In this document: one piece after another, positions 1 through 14,966 of the stretch
Layout of the letters: each line of letters opens with the position of its first letter
How positions within the stretch are numbered: position 1 is the stretch's first letter
Assembly (NCBI GenBank): GCA_951406725.2
Contig: OX597826.1
Span: 39,556,001 to 39,620,000, forward strand
Direction of reading: 5' to 3'
DNA: 64,000 nucleotides
From: Octopus vulgaris
Lineage: Eukaryota
Position numbers and translations under genes: made by a program
The notes under the pieces: generated by a model
What the model was told of the DNA's origin: nothing
The model's database searches: none
The model's input: only the letters and a program-made list of their open reading frames with translations

Positions 1-177
1 TTTATCAACGCATAGATCTATCTCTTTATACTGAACACTATCGGAGAATAAGCAGAAGCTGTATAGCTGCCTGAAAGAAATCCCTACACAACGCTAGTAA
101 AGTTCTTGAAAAGTACTCAAAATAGTAACAAATGTCCACCATTTGCAATACCTAAAAATATGCATTACTTGAATAAT

Positions 178-517
178 ACCACCACCACCACCACCACCAC
201 CACCACCACCACCACCACCACCACCACCACAATCACCACCACCACCACCACCACCACCACCACCATCACCACCACCACCACCACCACCACCACCACCACC
301 ACCAACACTATCACCACCACCACCACCATCACCACCACCACCACCACCACCATCACCACCACCACCACCACCACCAAACCACCGCCATCACCACCACCAC
401 CACCACCACCAAACCACCGCCACCACCACCACCACCACCACCACCACCACCACCACCACCACCACCACCACCACCACCACCAACAACAACAACAATAACA
501 ACAACAACAACAACAAC
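178..517. repeat. (ACC)n then (AAC)n trinucleotide microsatellite
   Basis: Direct reading; it explains the poly-T/H/W/G ORFs. Confidence 0.97.
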
Positions 518-1006
518 AGTGACAACGAGCATAGCTTTTAAAACCTGGACGTACCATCTTCCGCCAAAATAACATAGGTCCTCACAGAATGCATTTAAAA
601 ATAAACGTTTCATTCACTAAAGCTTTGCGAACATGACACAAATAATCTAAAAATGCTGCGATACAACGCTAGCAGCATTATAATATTTTTATGGAACTAA
701 ATGCTTTTACCATCATTCACGACATATGATATAGCAATAATTCGGGAATCATCCTTACTACCAGAACACCACCGTTCCAGATTATGCACAAATGAGACTG
801 GACAGTCCCCTGCAACAATATGGGTGGTCTTATACACGAAAAAGCTTTCATTCAGTAATGTAAACATCGGAAATGACTTTCATAAACTAATAGGGAGCAA
901 TATTATTATAGCGATAAGGCTTTCATGAAGCGCACTCATGAACACAACCACATACATATATGTGTATATATGTGTGTGTGTGTGTGTATATATATATGTG
1001 TGTGTA

Positions 1007-1392
1007 GTGGAGGCGCAATGGCCCAGTGGTTAGGGCAGCGGACTCGCGGTCATAGGATCGCGGTTTCGATTCCCAGACCGGGCGTTGTGAGTGTTTATTG
1101 AGCGAAAACACCTAAAAGCTCCACGAGGCTCCGGCAGGGGATGGTGGTGATCCCTGCTGTGCTCTTTCACCACAACTTTCTCTCACTCTTACTTCCTGTT
1201 TCTGTTGTACCTGTATTTCAAAGGGCCGGCCTAGTCACTCTCTGTGTCACGCTGAATATCCCCGAGAACTACGTTAAGGGTACACGTGTCTGTGGAGTGC
1301 TCAGCCACTTACACGTTAATTTCACGAGCAGGCTGTTCCGTTGATTCGGATCAACCGGAACCCTCATCGTCGTAACCGACGGAGTGCTTCCA
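1007..1392 (+). mobile_element. tRNA-Arg-derived SINE (octopus OR-like), young copy
   Basis: tRNA-like head with A box (tggcccagtggttag), TCG anticodon-like loop and B box (ggtttcgattccc); near-identical inverted copy at 46361-46744. Confidence 0.88.
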
Positions 1393-1635
1393 CATATATG
1401 TGTGAGTTTGTGTATGCATATGGTTAAACGTGGTTACGTGACAGCAATAATAGCCATCTTTTATATGTTTCAGTCAGTCATTAGATAGCGGCCATGTTGG
1501 GGCATTCTCTTGTGCAATTTGTTCAGCTTAGTACTTATTCTAGCGGCTTCTAAGCCGAACTGCTAAGTTACGGGAACGTAAACACAACACGGTTTTCACG
1601 CGGTAGTGGGGACAAACACAGACGCACCCACCATG

Positions 1636-1666
<31 letters not shown>

Positions 1667-1680
1667 GCGTGTGTATGTAT

Positions 1681-1732
<52 letters not shown>

Positions 1733-1874
1733 TTATTGATATTTAGCAGAAGCAATAGAGTGCCTCAAGGTCGAAGAGTTTCGTGTGTTGGCACTTACCA
1801 AACTAGTTCCTGTACTAGTTATTTCCTGGATTAGATATGTTAAGTAAGGAAATAACTTATTTACATAGGTTTTT

Positions 1875-2260
1875 AACATCATCTTCTTTGACGTAGTCTC
1901 CTTGTGCAGCAGCAAACCGGTCCAAGCCTTCCTGCCAGTTTTGGAATCCGGCCTGAAAGTCGTTTTCCGTAATACAAGTCAAGGACCTTCTGCATTTCGC
2001 TTTGGATCTCGATAACGCTGTTAAAACGGCGACCTATGAGATGCCTTTCCATCTTGGGGAAGGGATGGAAGTCTGCAGGTGTTAAATCTGGCGAATAAGG
2101 TGGGTGCAGAAGCGATACCATGTTGTTTTTGGCGAGAAGCCGCGGCTAAAGAGAGCTCGTTGAAGAATCCAATTCTTTGCGCTCCACAGATCCGGTCGCT
2201 TTCGCCGAATACATCCCCTCAAAGGCTTCAAACGCATCAAAACTCTCGATTGATGGTGTG
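1875..2260 (-). mobile_element. Mariner transposase C-terminal fragment (degenerate)
   Basis: [19 protein letters not shown] matches the mariner [13 protein letters not shown] motif; frameshifts. Confidence 0.85.
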
Positions 2261-2286
2261 GCTCTAGGGGACGAATATATACATAT

Positions 2287-2382
<96 letters not shown>

Positions 2383-2411
2383 GTGTATGTGTGTATATAT
2401 ATATATGTATA

Positions 2412-2446
<35 letters not shown>

Positions 2447-4035
2447 AAAATGGAAGTTTATAATACACTGAGAATAGTTTATATATTTTTTATTATCATA
2501 TTTAAAGATTTACCGGTTTCGCAGTTTAGGAAGCAACTTTTGTCCCCATCGCAGTCCCAGATATTTGTTAGTAAATATTTGTTTGTAAATATTTGAAGCT
2601 TGTTCTTTACATACATTCTTAATAGTTTGATTCGTATGGATACTTACTGTTCTCCTCATGCCACCTCAAACATACGAGGTTTTGTTTCACCTATGTAATG
2701 AATATTACATGGGTCAAACAAAACTTAGTCTAAGAAATAGACTGACCATTCACCGTCAACAAATACCAAACCTCATACTAGACAGATTCCACTGAGTGGA
2801 CACATAAACATATGTGCAAACAATATGTCCCCCATATTCCAGGTCTTCCCACTCTATCTATGTTCAGTGAATACCACAGATGAAGCAAGGATAAACAAAG
2901 TGAATACTTTCAAACAAAAGTACACACCCAGACTTAATAAACTTTAATAAAGTACCTACACAAATAACTATTCACACACAAAACTCATTCTGCCATTTGA
3001 CATAAAGAACCTACACAGCTAACAACTTAAATTTTCGTCACTGGACTACATACAAACAATCCCTGTTTACTCTCCCACCAGACAGATTAAATTTGTTGTG
3101 GCTTGATTGTAAGTAAACATGTTCACTCAACCGTGTCGACCTTAATTTTAGGCGCTAAATATACTGCTACTTGACACTAACGCATGGACGTAGGAGGATA
3201 CATACAGAAAGTTCTAAACTTAATCATGGGTCCACTCTCTACAAACACTTGACAGAAAACATGCAGAGCAATGATTGTTTCGACATGTTCAGTCAACTGT
3301 GTCAACCTTAACCTACGACGCTAAAAATTGTCATTTGATGCTAACACACGAACGTAGCGGGGAACCTACAAACATTTCTAAGACCATACCCTATTCAAAA
3401 ACATATACTAATTTGAACCATGAACTCCCTATGAAAATATGGCAAGCTTCAAACACTAGTTTGAAGCAAAACAGCTGCGATATAAGCCACATCTTTGTAT
3501 AACAATTTTTTTGAAAATCAGCGTAAACTGCGAAACCGGTTAAATCTTTAAATCTAATAATAAAAATTATATTAAGTATTCTCAGTGCATTTCCAACTTC
3601 TATGTTTCCTTTATTTGTACCCGTATAAGACAGCGAGCTGGCAGAAACGTTAGCACGCAGGGCGAAATGCTTAGCAGTATTTCGTCTGTCTACATTCTGA
3701 ATTCGACTTTACCTTTCATCCTTTCGGGGTTGACAAATTAAGTATTAGTTGCGTACTGGGGAGATCTAATCGACTGGCCCCTCTCCCCAAATTTTGGGCC
3801 TTGTGCCTAGAATGAGTGAATGAAATAACTTTGTTTTCTCTCTCTCTCTCTCTCGCTCTCTTATCTCTCTCTGTATATTTACATACATACACACACACAC
3901 ACGTATATATATAATGTGTGTGTATATATTTATATATGTATATATAAATATATATATAAATATATATATATTCATATATGTATATATATTCCTATATATG
4001 TACATATACGTATTTATATATATATATCATATATG

Positions 4036-4139
<104 letters not shown>

Positions 4140-5938
4140 CATACATACACACACAGTAGACTTTCGTTTTCGGTCAACTAAATTCACTTACAAGGTTGTG
4201 TCGGTTCAGGGCTTTAGTATAATATGTATCTCTAGGCTACTATAGCCTCGTGGCGACATTTGACCAAGGTGCCACATAGTTGGACTGAACCCGAAATCGT
4301 GTAGTTGGAAAGCAAACTTCTTACCATACAGCCACTCCCGTGCCTACCTATACTTTTGACAGAAAATATTTGCTAGTTTCAATAAAACATGAAAAATATA
4401 CTTCATGAACAACTCTTGCTACCAGCGCCATTAACAAAGCTTTCGATGTCAGTTTTCCGCTAACTGCTTCTATAAAATATACTTGAAGCTTGCTAGCAAT
4501 ACAAAGCTAATTGACGAGATCCATTAAATAAAGTACCACCTATGTGAGCATGTTTTGTTGTCCGACTGACTTCCAATGTGTTATAAAACCTTAGAGATCG
4601 AGGTCAAGTGAGGTTACACTGCAATAGCGATAGCAATATCGTTAATACCGACAGCGAAATATGTCGAATGGTAAAAAAAGGGAGAGAGAAAGAATGTTTG
4701 GTAATGTACAAAATTCTACACTTCATAAGGTTTTCTAATTTTATAAGCGTAGTTTCCGTATAGGTGAAAAATCTGTTATTTTAAACTAAAATAATTTTTA
4801 AAGAAATTTGTTATCATGCGACGCAGCAGGCTTGAGCTCGGAATAATGTAGTTGACTATATGAAGTTTCTTTGTAAAACAAATATTACAATTATTTCAAT
4901 TTTTCGTACCGCTCATAAGATAATATGCGAAATGTAAACAGGATTATACATTATCTACTTAACTGCTTTTCGATAATATAATGCTTTGTTCCATGGAGGC
5001 TGTCAGGGATTTACTATCGAATTTGTAGAATTTTGCAGTGAGTGTGCGTGTGTATGTGTGTTTAACTGTGAGTTAACGAATAAACAGCCTTCCACATTTT
5101 GTAGTACCTCATCATATTGTAATATTTTTACTTATATTCCTTTTGGAGACCAACCTGGCTATACCTACAGAGTTTCTATGTATATACATGTTTACTTGTA
5201 TAGATACAGATGGAGCATACTCTGTTGCAAGGATTCGAACTACATATCCAGTGGTTAAACCTTCAGCCGCAATCCTTTTGTCTTTCGCGCTTCCTTCTGT
5301 TTTCCTCATCAGATCTTATTACTAAACTCTGAAGAAGGAATAACTGAAACAATTTTTTAGAGAGCCTGAGAGAGACACAGAGAAAAGAGAGAGATGAGAA
5401 GTAAGGGAGAAAGAGGGAGAAGCATCCATTAGAAATGCTTCAAAGTTTCATGTATGAGGAAGGTAGAACATAATACACAAAAGATATCGTAAATGATGAA
5501 GAATTATACTCAAGACAAAACCAAGTTGACTTAATATAAGTACACTATCAAAGGCGGCAAACTGGCAGAAACGTTAGCACGCCGGGCGAAATGCTTAGCA
5601 GTATTTCATCTGAGTTCAAATTCCGCCGAGGCTGGCTTTGTCTTTCATCCTTTCGGGGTTGATAAATCAATTACCAGTTACGTACTTGGGTAGATGTAAT
5701 CGACTGGTCACCTCACACAAAATTTTGGGCCTCGTGCTTAGAGTAGACAAGAATATAAAGTATACTATCCAAACAATAAAAACAAATTTCATATTATTTT
5801 GTAACCTAGTGTGGATAATTAAGTACATCGTCTAGAAATGTACTTTCTTGGGTACAGTATGCATGTATGTCAGTCATCGCCGGTACTGAGTTAGGTGCTG
5901 GTGAGGATGATAATTACTATGATGGTGGTAGTGATGTT

Positions 5939-6172
5939 AAGGCGGTGAGCTGGCAGGGTCGTTAGCACGCCGGGCGAAATGCTTAGTAGTATTTCTCCTG
6001 CCGCTACGTTCTGAGTTCAAATTCCGCCGAAGTCGACTTTGCCTTTCATCCTTTCGGGGTCGATTAAATAAGTACCAGTTACGCACTGGGGTCGATGTAA
6101 TCGACTTAATACCTATGTCTGTCCTTGTTTGTTCCCTCTGTGTTTAGCCCCTTGTGGGTAATAAAGAAATAG
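5939..6172 (+). mobile_element. Nin-domain-like SINE (representative copy)
   Basis: ggcggtgagctggcag...gagttcaaattccgccga...gcctttcatcctttcggggtcgat...agtaccag. Further copies near 3630-3810(+), 5552-5750(+), 7470-7655(-), 14380-14560(+), 19000-19200(+), 30920-31120(+), 54020-54140(+). Confidence 0.85.
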
Positions 6173-6870
6173 GTAGTGATGTTTGATCGTGCAGATCATG
6201 TATGATGATGTTGATTATGGCGACAACGATGACGACAATGGTGATGATGATGAGGAGGATATCAATAATGGTAGTTGTTGACAATCCATATATTTTTGTC
6301 TTTGTTTCCCCGTCACGAACACAATGGCAACTAAGTATGCTACACACTCCAAAGGAGTTGATGATATAAGATATATATAAAACGTATTATAAACACCTTC
6401 AGATATAAATGTAACATGCGCGTGTTAGTCACGATATGAAACGTCCTCTAAAAAAATTACACGAATATATTGACACAAGTGCATATACTTATATATAAAT
6501 ATGCATTTATAAATGTGTGTGTGGGTGTCCTTGTGTGTATATGCATTATGTACCTATTTATAAACACACATCCACACAAACCTTCACAGCCCTGAAGAAA
6601 ACCCAGAACGTTATCATTTTAAGAATAATAAACGATCATTTATGATTATATTTCGAAGAAATCACTTTATACATATATACATATAGCTATTTGTGTGTGT
6701 ATATATATACACACACACACACACGCAAATAGCTATTTGTGTGTGAGTGTATATATACACGTGTATATATATATGTATATTATGTACATGTGTATATATG
6801 AATATGTATGTACATGTGTATATATGTATATGTATGCCCACGTATATATATATGTATGTATATATATATA

Positions 6871-6904
<34 letters not shown>

Positions 6905-6953
6905 ATGCATACACATACACAAACACACCTAAATGTGTATATATGTGTATATA

Positions 6954-7040
<87 letters not shown>

Positions 7041-8599
7041 TACATATACACATGTGTACATATATATATATATACTTAATATAAAATAATGTACATTTAA
7101 ACACAAGAGAAAAATACCCTTTAACAGGTAATTTTTACACGCTAGAAGAAGCAGCCAAAATGACCAAAACCACATTTAATAGCAACTTTCGAAGGAAATG
7201 AAAAATAAAAACTTTTACCTTGTTATTCTTTTGCGGTTATACCTAGATTTCAAATTTCTTTAGCAAAAAAGATAATCTGCTAGGCGAATTCTCATCAGTA
7301 ACCGGCCTTAACAACTAACTTATAATTCAAATACAAGCTAGAAAGATGAGGCCTATATCAAAGAACAAGAAAGCTACATTCATGTATTATAGTGGGAACC
7401 AAATCACAGGGGGCGCAGTAGAGGAAGACCTATTTAGACATTCATTGATCAACTCTCAGACGATGCATACCTATTTCTTTATTACCCACAAGGGGCTAAA
7501 CACAGAGGGGACAAACAAGGACAGACATAGGTATTAAGTCGATTACATCGGCCCCAGTGCGTAACTGGTACTTAATTTATCGATCCCGAAAGGATGAAAG
7601 GCAAAGTCGACCTCGGCGGAATTTGAACTCACAACGTAACGACAGACGAAATACGGCTACGCAGTTGCCATGAGTAACGGAAAATCGTGAACTGTGGAGA
7701 TACTTTGTTAGGAATGTTCGACCGTGGACACAATTTTGAAAGAATAAAATTTATAACGGAGTAGCTATAATTGTCTTTGTTCTAAAACTGTGCTAAAAGT
7801 ATGGGTCAAAGTCGAATGAATAGTAGCAAAAGAATGCAAGACTAGGGTGTTAGACTTTTTTTATCTAGATTGCCCTTCCTCTCAATCTCCAATTTCGTTT
7901 ATCATTGAGACGTGCGTACAGGCCTGCATGGTCATTTGGCTTGCTAGAAATTGATATCTGTATCAGTATCCTACATAGATAATGGTAACTGTTGTTATAA
8001 TTATCTATATAGGACACTAAATTAGAACATTGCCATGTTCTCTTAACTATTGGAAATATAAATTAGAAGAATAATAACAGATGAAGGTCTGAGGTTAATT
8101 AATGAGATGTCAACTATATGAAAATTAACTGTTAATTAGAGGTCGAACATAGCTAATGCAGTGGAGAAAAGCATATTACGAGATACTAAATAAAGATTTT
8201 AACTCAATGACTGACTTCGGTAGAATACGTAGAGGTGGCTCTAGCTTCTTTGCTTTGTTGAACTACAGAATATATCTATAGAGAGATGTTGGCAGCAGTG
8301 ATCTAGTCAATCTGGAAATGCGTCCCAAGATGGGTTAACATAATGTACCAACAGAGGTCAGTGAAACTGATCTAACTCCGTTGTTACTTCAGTTGTCCAG
8401 CAACCTAATTTTAGTAACACTGATTAGTTGGTAATGAGACAGAAACTTCGTTAGGCCAAAATGTCATAATTTAGTATTCTTTTACTTTCCTTTTACTTGG
8501 TTTCAATTCTTGGATGGCGGCCATACATCTTCAAAATTATTGTTTCTCGTTTAGACACTGTTGCTAATATGTATATGTGTGTGCGTATGTGTGTATGTA

Positions 8600-8648
<49 letters not shown>

Positions 8649-9076
8649 TAAATATATATATACACATATATATATATGTGTGTGTCCGTGTCCATATGTA
8701 TACTTACATACATACCCCCCACACACATTAATTACTGACTTTTGCATAGTTTCCGTTAACCAAGTTCCACCCAAAAATATTGGTCATCCCGAGTTCCACT
8801 AAGAATACACATGCCGAAGGTGGTGTCGCGTAGTAGAAACGAAAGCAATGTCTTATGATTTCGAAGCATCCTACTGCCTTCACCTACTTAACTAAAGTTT
8901 TTGCAGTTAAAACTGAACATTTACCGCATTAATCTCACATTATCCCAGTTATAACTCACCTTCCAATTGAGTACTGACAAGGTTTGTGGAGTATGATTAT
9001 GACAAAGGTCATAATTTGATAGTATACAAGACGTCATGTAAGTATACAACACATCACAACTATAGTACTCAGTATG

Positions 9077-9773
9077 CGAGGGTGGGCTGAAAGTTTACAG
9101 ACTGGCTATGAAGGGGTAATACTAGAGCTGTGAAATCTTGAATGCATTAATTTCAACTTTTCTTATTCATAACTATATTGGTTCTTTCTAAGTAAAGAAG
9201 ACTTCAAAATTAACTAGTAGCAATTCTCTTGAGAATCGAAAAAATTTGGGATCGATAAAATTTGGTATCGTGATGTTATCAAGTACCAATAGAAAAATAA
9301 TTCAACCTCCAAGGACAGTCATGCTGACATAGTTGCTATAATAGGGGATAATGCTCCAGCTTTTGCAAAGTGAAAAATCCAAACGCCCAGAAAAACTGAT
9401 GAAAGGGGTCTTGTTTGATTAGGAGAAAGTTTCAGCACACAATTCCTTGGATTCAATGGCTGTTGCGCGTGTTTTGAACTGGTTGAGCACCCTCTCTATT
9501 CTGATTTGGCCCTCATCTGAGCGTCATCTGCTCCTCAACATGAAAAACATGGCAGACAACCGTTATCGCAGTGATGAGGACGTCATATCTGTTGTTGGTA
9601 ATTATTTTGACCAACAGCATGAAAGCTTTTTTCATCAATGGGATCCAAGTACTGCAACATTGAAGGAAAAAGTGTATGGACCGCAAAGGGGACAATGTTG
9701 GAAGATTAACTTCATATGGTCACATTCCATAAGAGTAACTCGTTCAGCTTATGAACTTTTCAGCCGACCCTGG
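9077..9773 (+). mobile_element. Internally deleted mariner element with TIRs
   Basis: cgagggtgggctgaaag ... cttttcagccgaccctgg inverted termini, TA on the right flank, degenerate HPxYSDLA region near 9487-9515. Confidence 0.75.
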
Positions 9774-9959
9774 TATAACTATAGAACACACCATATATCT
9801 ATAGGACACAATATATAGCTATAGGACATACATTACAACTATAGGACACAATATATAATAGAACACACTAATCAATAAGCAACAAAACACCGGGAAGATA
9901 TAAAATAGGTAAGAAAATTAAAAAGAGAGAAATAAAAAAGGAGGTGTGATATAGAAGGG

Positions 9960-10011
<52 letters not shown>

Positions 10012-10929
10012 TAAGAAAGAGAAAGGAAGTGGGGGAGAGCAGATGTCAATAAATTGAACTAGAACTTGAGAAAGCTTCATAAATCTTTTTAGTGAAAGTT
10101 ATTTAATATTTCGGATGATAAACTAATCAAAGAGAGTTATTTGGAAGAAATTCTTCATCTAAGTGTAGCAAACGTATAGATAGTAACATTTAAAAAAAAA
10201 AGCATACCCAGGACAAATAACGCAATAATCCCATTATCTGACCAGCCTTGTCTATATCGTCATATTTACCATGTCTTCCTTCTGCCCTGATACCTCTTTA
10301 TACTATCATTTGCATCCAACTGTGATGTTTCCGTCCATATATTTTTCAGAAAACGCCTTCGCAAACAACTACAGACACAAGTATTTGGTGTTTGCCAAAT
10401 TTTCTCTGTCAAAATAGAATGTTTGTGCTTACTATCGGATTTTAATTGCTATTAGATTCGTGAGTCCACCTCATCAAACTAACATCAACTTAGCAAAAGA
10501 TATCGATGATATCCATCATATATATGTAATAAATTTGCTTGCTTGCTAAAAGTACGCAGTCACGAATTTACTTAGAGAAGGAACTCGAATGTGATCCGAA
10601 GTTTACTGAATGTACCCCACGCTACAAGTTGACTGACATTTTACATTTGTTGAAGAGTAATTATTTGTGAAGAAGTGTATAAACAATATTATTTATTGCA
10701 GCATAGTCATAGAGACGAGCTGTAGCGTTATCTTTCGGAGGCCCTCCGAGACAAATGAAATCAATTCCATTTCTGTCCAGTCAAAACTGCAACCAAATAA
10801 TAGACTACAATTTTAAAAACAGAAAGATGCATCATATTATCTACTTCTAGATGTACAATAACGTTTGTTAGAAACAAATTTAGATTGTAGCGACGAAGAT
10901 TATTTAAGTATAAATATACAGATATTTAC

Positions 10930-11320
10930 TCTTTACTCTTTTACTCTTTTACTTGTTTCAGTCATTTGACTGCGGCCATGCTGGAGCACCGCCTTTAGTC
11001 GAGCAAATCGACCCCGGGACTTATTCTTTGTAAGCCCAGTACTTATTCTATTGGTCTCTTTTGTCAAACCGCTAAGTGACGGGGACGTAAACACACCAGC
11101 ATTGGTTGTCAAGCAATGCTAGGGGGACAAACACACACACATACATATACATATATATACATATATACGACAGGCTTCTTTCAGTTTCCGTCTACCAAAT
11201 CCACCCACAAGGCATTGGTTGGCCCGGGGCTATAGCAGAAGACACTTGCCCAAGATGCCACGCAGTGGGACTGAACCCGGAACCATGTGGTTGGTTAGCA
11301 AGCTACTTACCACACAGCCT
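10930..11320 (-). mobile_element. SINE copy of the 58535 family
   Basis: Reverse-complement similarity along its length, with a (ttttactc)n tail. Confidence 0.85.
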
Positions 11321-12279
11321 AATAAAACAAACTTACACGAAGTACAAACGGCAGAGGGGATTAAAAGGGAAGAGGCAAGGTGTCATAAGCCCAACAGCTC
11401 GGAGATCCATCATAATGTTTCTAGATGTAGTTCACCAAAATATGTAAAATATGCACAAAATAATGGAAGCAAATAAACATTGGATAAATCGAGCCTCCGT
11501 CATCAGCGTAGAGAAAAACCTTACATTTCAGATGATGATGCAGAGCAGTTTAAAGGTGGAATGTTTAAATGTGGAGAGCAAGCAGTTTTGTAGAGAGGAA
11601 GTGGGAGGTTCGTTGCAGGAGTGTTGAGGCATGGAAGGGTGAAAGAAATAAGCAAGTCAGTTCAGGAAGATGGAGAGGGGTTAAGAATCAGGGAATTGGG
11701 AAAGGTAGTATTGGAGGAGAAGAGTCGGAAGATAAGAGGAAGGGGCAGGATAGGTAATAGTTGAAGGGTGGTCAGTTTTTGTAGGGCTTGTGAATAGACG
11801 TTAAAACTAAGAGATATTGTCTATAGAACTATGGGAATTTGAGACAGTGAGAAAGGGAAGGACAATTATAGAGGGAGGGAAGGGTCTAATTCATAGATGT
11901 TTATAGGATGGCTAAGAGGGAATTCGAAGAGAAAAGGTTACTGGTGGAGGGAGATTACTAAGGTATGTAGAAAGGCATGAGAAAAGATAGAAGGAGGTGG
12001 ACAGAATGGGTTGGCAGTCAAAGCGGCAGTGGTTAGTGCTCGATGGTTTAGGTTGAAGGAGGAAATCAAATAATGAAGGAGGGTTGGCGGTGGAAGGAGA
12101 GTACTGAGGTATGTAGAAGTGTATGAGAGTAAAAAGAGATAGGTGTCTAGGGAGGGAAGGAAGGAGGGATAGGTTGGAAGGCTGTAGTAGAAGACACTTG
12201 CCCTAGGTGCCACGCAGCGGGACTTAACCCAGAACAATGCGGTTGGAAAGCAATCTTCTTACCCCACACCCACGCCTGT

Positions 12280-12363
<84 letters not shown>

Positions 12364-12399
12364 GTATATGTATATATATGTATGTATATATATATATAT

Positions 12400-12675
12400 C
12401 ACGTGATCATGCGACCGCCCAGGCTATCAGATACTGTTAGACACCGCTGGCCGCTGGTCACAATGCGCTTTTTCACTGATTTAGCCTTCAAACGAAGCCA
12501 CCCCGCTAGCTACGTGTGCAGGCCAACAATCTTCTCTGATCGAAGGGGGTGGGTATAGCAATGTGAAATGAAGTGCCTTGCTCAAGAAAACACAACGTGC
12601 CGCCCAGTCAGGGAATCGAACCCACCACCAACTAGCGATCGTGAGTCCAACAACCTAACCATTAGTCTACGCGCC

Positions 12676-12680
<5 letters not shown>
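12400..12680 (-). mobile_element. tRNA-derived SINE
   Basis: Minus-strand tRNA head (ggcgcgtagactaatggttagg...ggttcgattccc). Confidence 0.7.
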
Positions 12681-12737
<57 letters not shown>

Positions 12738-13189
12738 AAATAATATATTAAATATATAATAATATAGGAAGACTTTAGAAATGAAAACCTAAAGGCAAAT
12801 TAACAAACAAGAGTACAAAATAGTTCCAGCATTGCTAGAAATAAGAGTAAAAACGACCCAAAAAGCCATAAAAAGCACTAACTCAATGAGTTGACGAAAG
12901 TGAGGCGGCGAGAAAGTACCTTACCGTGGTGATACAATCTCACAAATTAAGTAACAGATATATCCTTATCACGTGATTTCGAACTCTGATAAATTTTATC
13001 TTAGTTCTCGTCGGTAGATCTTACTGTCGTTTTTGACTCATATTTCTAGCAATGCTAATACTATTTTATATCCTTGTTTTACTAATTTGCCTTTAGGTTT
13101 GAATTGCTAACGGGTCACCTATATTGTAATATATTTAATATATTTTAATGTGGTATGAAAGAAAGTTGTGAATTTAGTCGAGTTAACGT

Positions 13190-13450
13190 TTCCTCGTGAA
13201 GATAACATGGACGCCGCTCGGGCTCGAAAGGTTAGCCGTTATGTAAACCTCCTCGAGGAATATGAAGACGCAGGCTGGAAAGCGGAGCATTTCCCAATCG
13301 GAGTCGGATGTAGAGGATTTGTGTGAGGCGACTGTTGTTATCGTTAGTCCTAACTCATCGTAATGTAAATAACAAAATATCCAAGTCACACTGGATTTGG
13401 TTAAAAAGATACGATGAGCGATAGCTAGAAGAATATTGAGCATTATTTGA
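13190..13450 (+). mobile_element. REL-type (Hero/NeSL-like) LINE 3' fragment
   Basis: EDAGWKAEHFPIGVGCRGF resembles the EVGCRGF motif. Confidence 0.55.
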
Positions 13451-13747
13451 TAACCAGTTGATCTAGCAAGCAGGGCCTCATATCAGGGGGCCGGTGCACA
13501 CCGACGGCATCGAGAGATAGGGTCCGAAACGGCGCGCATTCTCTCCTTATTCCTGATGACCCCATACACTTGCTGGTTTCCGGTATGCGGAGCTTTCGAC
13601 TGGTAGCACTTGCACGTGCAAGTTGGTTGCAAAACGAATTATTTTATTTTTCCTATACACTTCTACTGATTTGAATTAGCGCACGCTGTTCAACGGTTTT
13701 TCTCACGAGTTTGACGTGACGAGTAACTCTTTAACCCAGGGCACAGT

Positions 13748-13815
13748 AAGATCCACTGACGAGGACAAAGATTAAATTGATAAGTGTTCGAAATCACGTG
13801 ATATGTATATATCTT
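13748..13815 (+). ncRNA. Hammerhead-ribozyme-like motif with palindromic stem III
   Basis: CTGACGA-Ggac...gttC-GAAA-tcacgtga-TA; a degenerate inverted copy (CCGACGA core) lies at about 12960-13025. Confidence 0.55.
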
Positions 13816-14928
13816 TTACTTCATTTGTGAGTTTATCTCACCATGCTGAAGTGCTTTCTCGCTTCCTCTCTTTCTTCAACTCATTGTGTTAGTGCTTTTT
13901 GAGTAGATTTTTTACTAGCAATGCTGGTACTATTTTGTACCCTTGTTTATATATATATAACATATATACTTATAACTAGAAAAAAAAGGGATTAAAGAAA
14001 TCCAGGCAGATATCAATAAAGCACTCAGTTTTAAGCCAATTTGGTTAACTATATCCAACAGGAACCGATAAATGCACGTAAAATACACGTCTAAGGTTAT
14101 TCCCCATGTATGACAAGTAAATTCAAATATCATTTAGAAGAATTTATAGTATAAAATATGGATTCATAAAATCGTATGACTATCACAGAAAGTTCCTCTA
14201 ACGGACTCAGCTAAACTGACCTTTATACTAATCAAATACAAAGGAGTGTAATGAAGAATGTCCCTGCAGCTGAAATCCAGAAGATCAGATCCATGAAAGT
14301 ATTTCATGTGCAGTATATAAACTATAGAAAGTCAGGAAGTATGACAGGTGAATATATTTATGATTTCAATGTGGATTAAGTCGGCAAGCTGGCAAAATCG
14401 TTTGCATGCCGAGAAAAATACTTAACGGTATTTCGTCCATTTTCACGTTCTGAGTTCAAATTCCGCCGAGGTCGACTTTGCCTCTCATTCTTTAGGGGGT
14501 CGATGTAATCACCTTACACCTTCTCTTAAACTAGCTGTTCTTGTGCCAAAATTTGAAATTGGTTATTTCTATGTGGAATAGATTTTGCTTACACTTTTAC
14601 ATTAAAATACATGCTACGTATTATACAAATACAAACATGTATTCATGAATCGATTTAAATAAAGGAAGTTTGCTCAACAGATCAACAGAACATCATAGTT
14701 ACACACCACAATGTCCTCTTCATCTAATGAGCTTGCTTTCCTTATTTGCATTGATTTGTGATTATACGATCGTATAATGCGCATCATGCATATTAATGTA
14801 ACCATAATTTATGCTACGCTGAAATTATTACTACATGAAGAAGACTACGAAACGACCGCAACCCTAATGATCTTAAGTGGTTAATAGATATATTCATCTC
14901 TTACAGTCCTAACTTTATGTGTATGTGT

Positions 14929-14966
<38 letters not shown>

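Noticed and set aside
106-613. Poly-Thr/His/Trp/Gly ORFs
   Set aside because: Translations of an (ACC)n/(AAC)n microsatellite; no splice context or non-repetitive coding support.
1007-1085. Possible tRNA-Arg gene
   Set aside because: The tRNA-like sequence continues into a 300-bp SINE body found in several copies, one with a TSD; it is a SINE head.
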